A DNA stretch of 64,000 bases from contig CAVVJR010000002.1 in NCBI GenBank assembly GCA_963748585.1, forward strand, positions 8,468 to 72,467. The letters are read 5' to 3'. The stretch is from an uncultured Solirubrobacterales bacterium. GTDB lineage: Bacteria; Actinomycetota; Thermoleophilia; Solirubrobacterales; Solirubrobacteraceae. The position numbers and the translations under genes are program-made. The notes below the pieces were generated by a model. That model saw nothing but the letters and a program-made list of their open reading frames with translations, did no database searches and was not told the origin of the DNA. Each line of letters begins with the position of its first letter. Within the stretch, counting starts at the first letter, position 1. Shown in pieces: positions 61,285-64,000 of this stretch.

Positions 61285-61839
61285 TTATGCGTCCAGCCGC
61301 AAGAGCATGCACAGGATGGGTCGGGCCCGGCCGGCGTCGGGCTTCTCGCCCGTGATCAGGTCGAGGTAGGTGTAGGACTCGATCAGCCGCACGATCACGT
61401 ACGCGAGCTCGTGCAGGTCGACCGGCAGGTCGAGCTCCTCGTCGCGGAGCAATCGCTCGATGGCCACGATCAACCGAGGCTGGAAGTCGGTCTCGTGCCG
61501 GGTGAGGAGCCGCATCGCGTGCTCGCCCTCCTCGGCCAGCCAGCGCTGCATCCCCCGGTTGTCGATCACCCGCTCGAGGAAGGCGACCACGATGGCCACG
61601 ATCCGCTCCGGCCCCGCCTGCTCGACCGAAGCCTCGATGTCATCGAGCGTGTCCTGGGCGAGCGACCAGATCACCTCGACGAGAAAGCGGTCCCGAGAGC
61701 CGAACCAGCGGTAAAGCGTCACCCGGTTGACCCCGAGCTCCTCGGCCAGCGCGCTCATGTCGACGCGCTCGGCGGCCAGGAACCGGCGCCGGGCGAGCCG
61801 CAGCGCGTCGAGCGGGAGCGGACGCGGGGTGACGCTCAT
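61285..61839 (-). CDS. QsdR-type TetR family regulator
   Basis: RVDMSALAEELGVNRVTLYRWFGSRD, LAYVIVRLIESY. Confidence 0.85.
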   Translation of the reverse strand: MSVTPRPLPLDALRLARRRFLAAERVDMSALAEELGVNRVTLYRWFGSRDRFLVEVIWSLAQDTLDDIEASVEQAGPERIVAIVVAFLERVIDNRGMQRWLAEEGEHAMRLLTRHETDFQPRLIVAIERLLRDEELDLPVDLHELAYVIVRLIESYTYLDLITGEKPDAGRARPILCMLLRLDA

Positions 61840-61920
61840 CCGGTCAGGATCGCACGCCCGGCATGCAACAGGCGAGGTCCGTTGGTGCATCGGGCCTCGG
61901 CCCGGTGTAGCGTTCCGCGC

Positions 61921-63007
61921 GTGCGACGGGCGGACATCGAGGCCCTCGGGGAGCTGGCCGGTGAGGCGCTGACCGGTGGCGGCGCGCTGGTCCGCGCCGT
62001 GCACGAGGGCATCGCCGGACGCCCGTTCGCGATCCTCGGCCCGGTGGCGGCACCGGTGCGGATCGTCCACGACGGCGTGGCGCGGGCCGTCTACACCGGC
62101 GTCCGCGAGGCGCTCCGGGCCGGTGCGCGGGGGGGCGCGCGAGCGGCCGCCCTCCGTGCGCCCGAGGACGGAGCCGAGCTCGGCTCGGGAGTGCGCAGCG
62201 CGGTCGCGCTCGGAGCCCTGAACGGGGTCTACGGCAGCCAGCTGCGGGCGCCGATCCGCCTCGATATGCAGGTTCGCCGGCGCGGCGCCGAGGTGCCGCT
62301 GACTCCCGAGGGGGTGGCCGAGGCGTTCCCGGACGCAACCTCGCGCATCGTCGTGTTCGTGCACGGCCTGTGCCAGACCGAGACGGCCTGGTGGATGCTG
62401 ACCCGCCGGCCCGCCGGCCGGCGCCGGCGCAACTACGGCGAGCGGCTGCAGGACGAGCTCAGCTTCACCCCGGTCTATCTCCGCTACAACACCGGGCTGC
62501 ACATCTCGGAGAACGGGCGGGCTCTGGCCCGCCGGCTCGCGGCGCTCGTCTCGGTCTGGCCGCTGAGAGTGGAGGAGGTGGCGCTGGTCGGGCATTCGAC
62601 CGGCGGCCTGGTGGCGCGCAGCGCCTGCCGCCACGCCGAGGCCGAGGGCATGTCCTGGACCGACCTGGTTCGGCACGTGTTCTGCCTCGGGAGCCCGCAT
62701 CCGGGGGCCGGACATCGAAAGGGGGGTCGAGGTGCTGAGCCGGGCGCTGGCCAGGGTCCCCGAGACGCACGCCGTGGCCAAGCTCCTCGAGGCCCGTAGC
62801 GGGGGCATCAAGGACCTGCGCCCACCCCCGCCCGACCCCGCCCATCAGGTCCCGTTCCTGCCCGAGGCCAACTACCAGGTCCTGGGCGCGAGCGTGGGCC
62901 TCAACCACTTCCAGCTGCTCAACCATCCGGCCGTCTACCGCCAGTTGCGCACGTGGATCACCCGGCGCCCGCGCCGCGTTCCGAGCGCGCTTGCGGCGTC
63001 GCTCTGA
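61921..63007 (+). CDS. PGAP1-like alpha/beta hydrolase (esterase/lipase), frameshift near 62710
   Basis: VFVHGLC, LRYNTGLHISENG, GHSTGG, LGSPH; second frame RSGGIKDLR...NHFQLLNHPAVY. Confidence 0.8.
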
Positions 63008-63046
63008 TCGCCTCCCCGGTCCGCCACGGGGTACGTTGGCGGGACC

Positions 63047-64000
63047 GTGAATGCGGACGAACCGACTGATCCCGAACCGCAGCTGAACGCGGCCAAGGCC
63101 CGCCGGAGCCTGCGCAACGGGCTCATCGCGGTGGCGCTGCTGCTGGCGCTGATCGCCGGGCTGCTGCTCGCCATCCCCGGGCTCAAGGGCGTGGCCAACA
63201 CGGTCACCCGTATGAACGGCTGGTGGCTCGCCGTTGCGGTGGCCCTCGAGATCCTCTCCTGCCTGAGCTACGTGCTCGCGTTCCTGCAGGTGTTCGACCG
63301 GGCACCGCTGCGGTTCGGCGCGCGGGTGGCCCTGAGCGAGCTCGCGTTCGGGGCCGCGGTCTCGATCGGCGGTGCGGGCAGCCTGGCCGTCGGGGCATGG
63401 CTCCTGGTCGAGCGGGGCGCCGCGCCGATGCGGGTGGCCGAGCGCTCCGCGGTGCTGTTCCTGCTCACCAGCGCGATCAACGTGATCACGCTCGTCCTGG
63501 CCGGGTTGGGGCTGTTCTTCGGTCTGCCCGGGCCGAGCAATCCGCTGCTGAGCGTGCTGCCGGCGGCCGTCGGCCTCGCCGTGCTCGCGGCCGTGCTCGC
63601 GCTTCCCCGGTACGCGGACCGGGTCGCCCGGCGCTTTCCGGAAGGCCGGATTCACACCTTCCTGACCGAGACCGCGGTGACGGTTCGCGACACGGCCCGG
63701 CTGCTGTTCCGCCCCGACTGGCGGATCATCGGCGCGATCGGCTACCTGTGGTTCGACATCGGCGTGCTGATCGCGTGCTTCGCCGCCATCGGCAACGTCC
63801 CACCGCTCGCGCCCCTGGTGCTCGCCTACCAGATCGGCTACCTGTCGAACTTCATCCCGATCCCGGGCGGGATCGGCGTGCTCGACGGCAGCATGGTCGG
63901 CATGCTCGTGCTCTACGGGGTCACGGGGACGGTGGCCACCGCCGCCACCCTGGTCTACCACGCGATCGCGCTCTGGATCCCTGCCATGTGGGGAACGATC
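63047..64000 (+). CDS. lysylphosphatidylglycerol synthase transmembrane-domain (flippase-like) protein, runs off window end
   Basis: Open frame to the end; multi-TM; IPIPGGIGVLDG...LVYHAI. Confidence 0.8.
   Translation, partial: MNADEPTDPEPQLNAAKARRSLRNGLIAVALLLALIAGLLLAIPGLKGVANTVTRMNGWWLAVAVALEILSCLSYVLAFLQVFDRAPLRFGARVALSELAFGAAVSIGGAGSLAVGAWLLVERGAAPMRVAERSAVLFLLTSAINVITLVLAGLGLFFGLPGPSNPLLSVLPAAVGLAVLAAVLALPRYADRVARRFPEGRIHTFLTETAVTVRDTARLLFRPDWRIIGAIGYLWFDIGVLIACFAAIGNVPPLAPLVLAYQIGYLSNFIPIPGGIGVLDGSMVGMLVLYGVTGTVATAATLVYHAIALWIPAMWGTI

Noticed and set aside
62580-62720. GHSTGG nucleophile variant and frameshift as a sign of a novel or dead hydrolase
   Set aside because: The catalytic Ser is retained, and single-base differences cannot be distinguished from sequencing error here

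Overview
This high-GC 64-kb window appears to join two unrelated genomes. Positions 1 to about 15280 read as Planctomycetota (Isosphaeraceae-like): DUF1559, LEPRxLL and PEP-CTERM proteins and REP-like palindromes, with nearly every gene broken by frameshifts. Positions about 15318 to 64000 read as Actinomycetota (Thermoleophilia/Solirubrobacterales-like) and are mostly intact. At the boundary (15281-15317) lies a degenerate match to the Oxford Nanopore ligation adapter ending in CGTATTGCT, so the join is most likely a chimeric-read artefact rather than gene transfer. The most interesting biology on the left is a co-oriented cluster: a heavy-metal P1B-type ATPase fused in frame to an HflK-like SPFH domain, followed by hflC-like, hflK-like and a small membrane-anchored gene. 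The right part opens with an accessory region (about 15.3-28 kb) holding a translationally coupled operon of small zinc-ribbon proteins, a ~1500-aa secreted beta-propeller/repeat/metzincin mosaic, a collagen-like protein, an IS481 remnant, a c-di-GMP-I riboswitch and a short repeat array. Ordinary regulatory, transport, glycan-modifying and metabolic genes follow. I saw no rRNA, tRNA or CRISPR array. All family assignments come from motif recognition by eye; no database searches were run.
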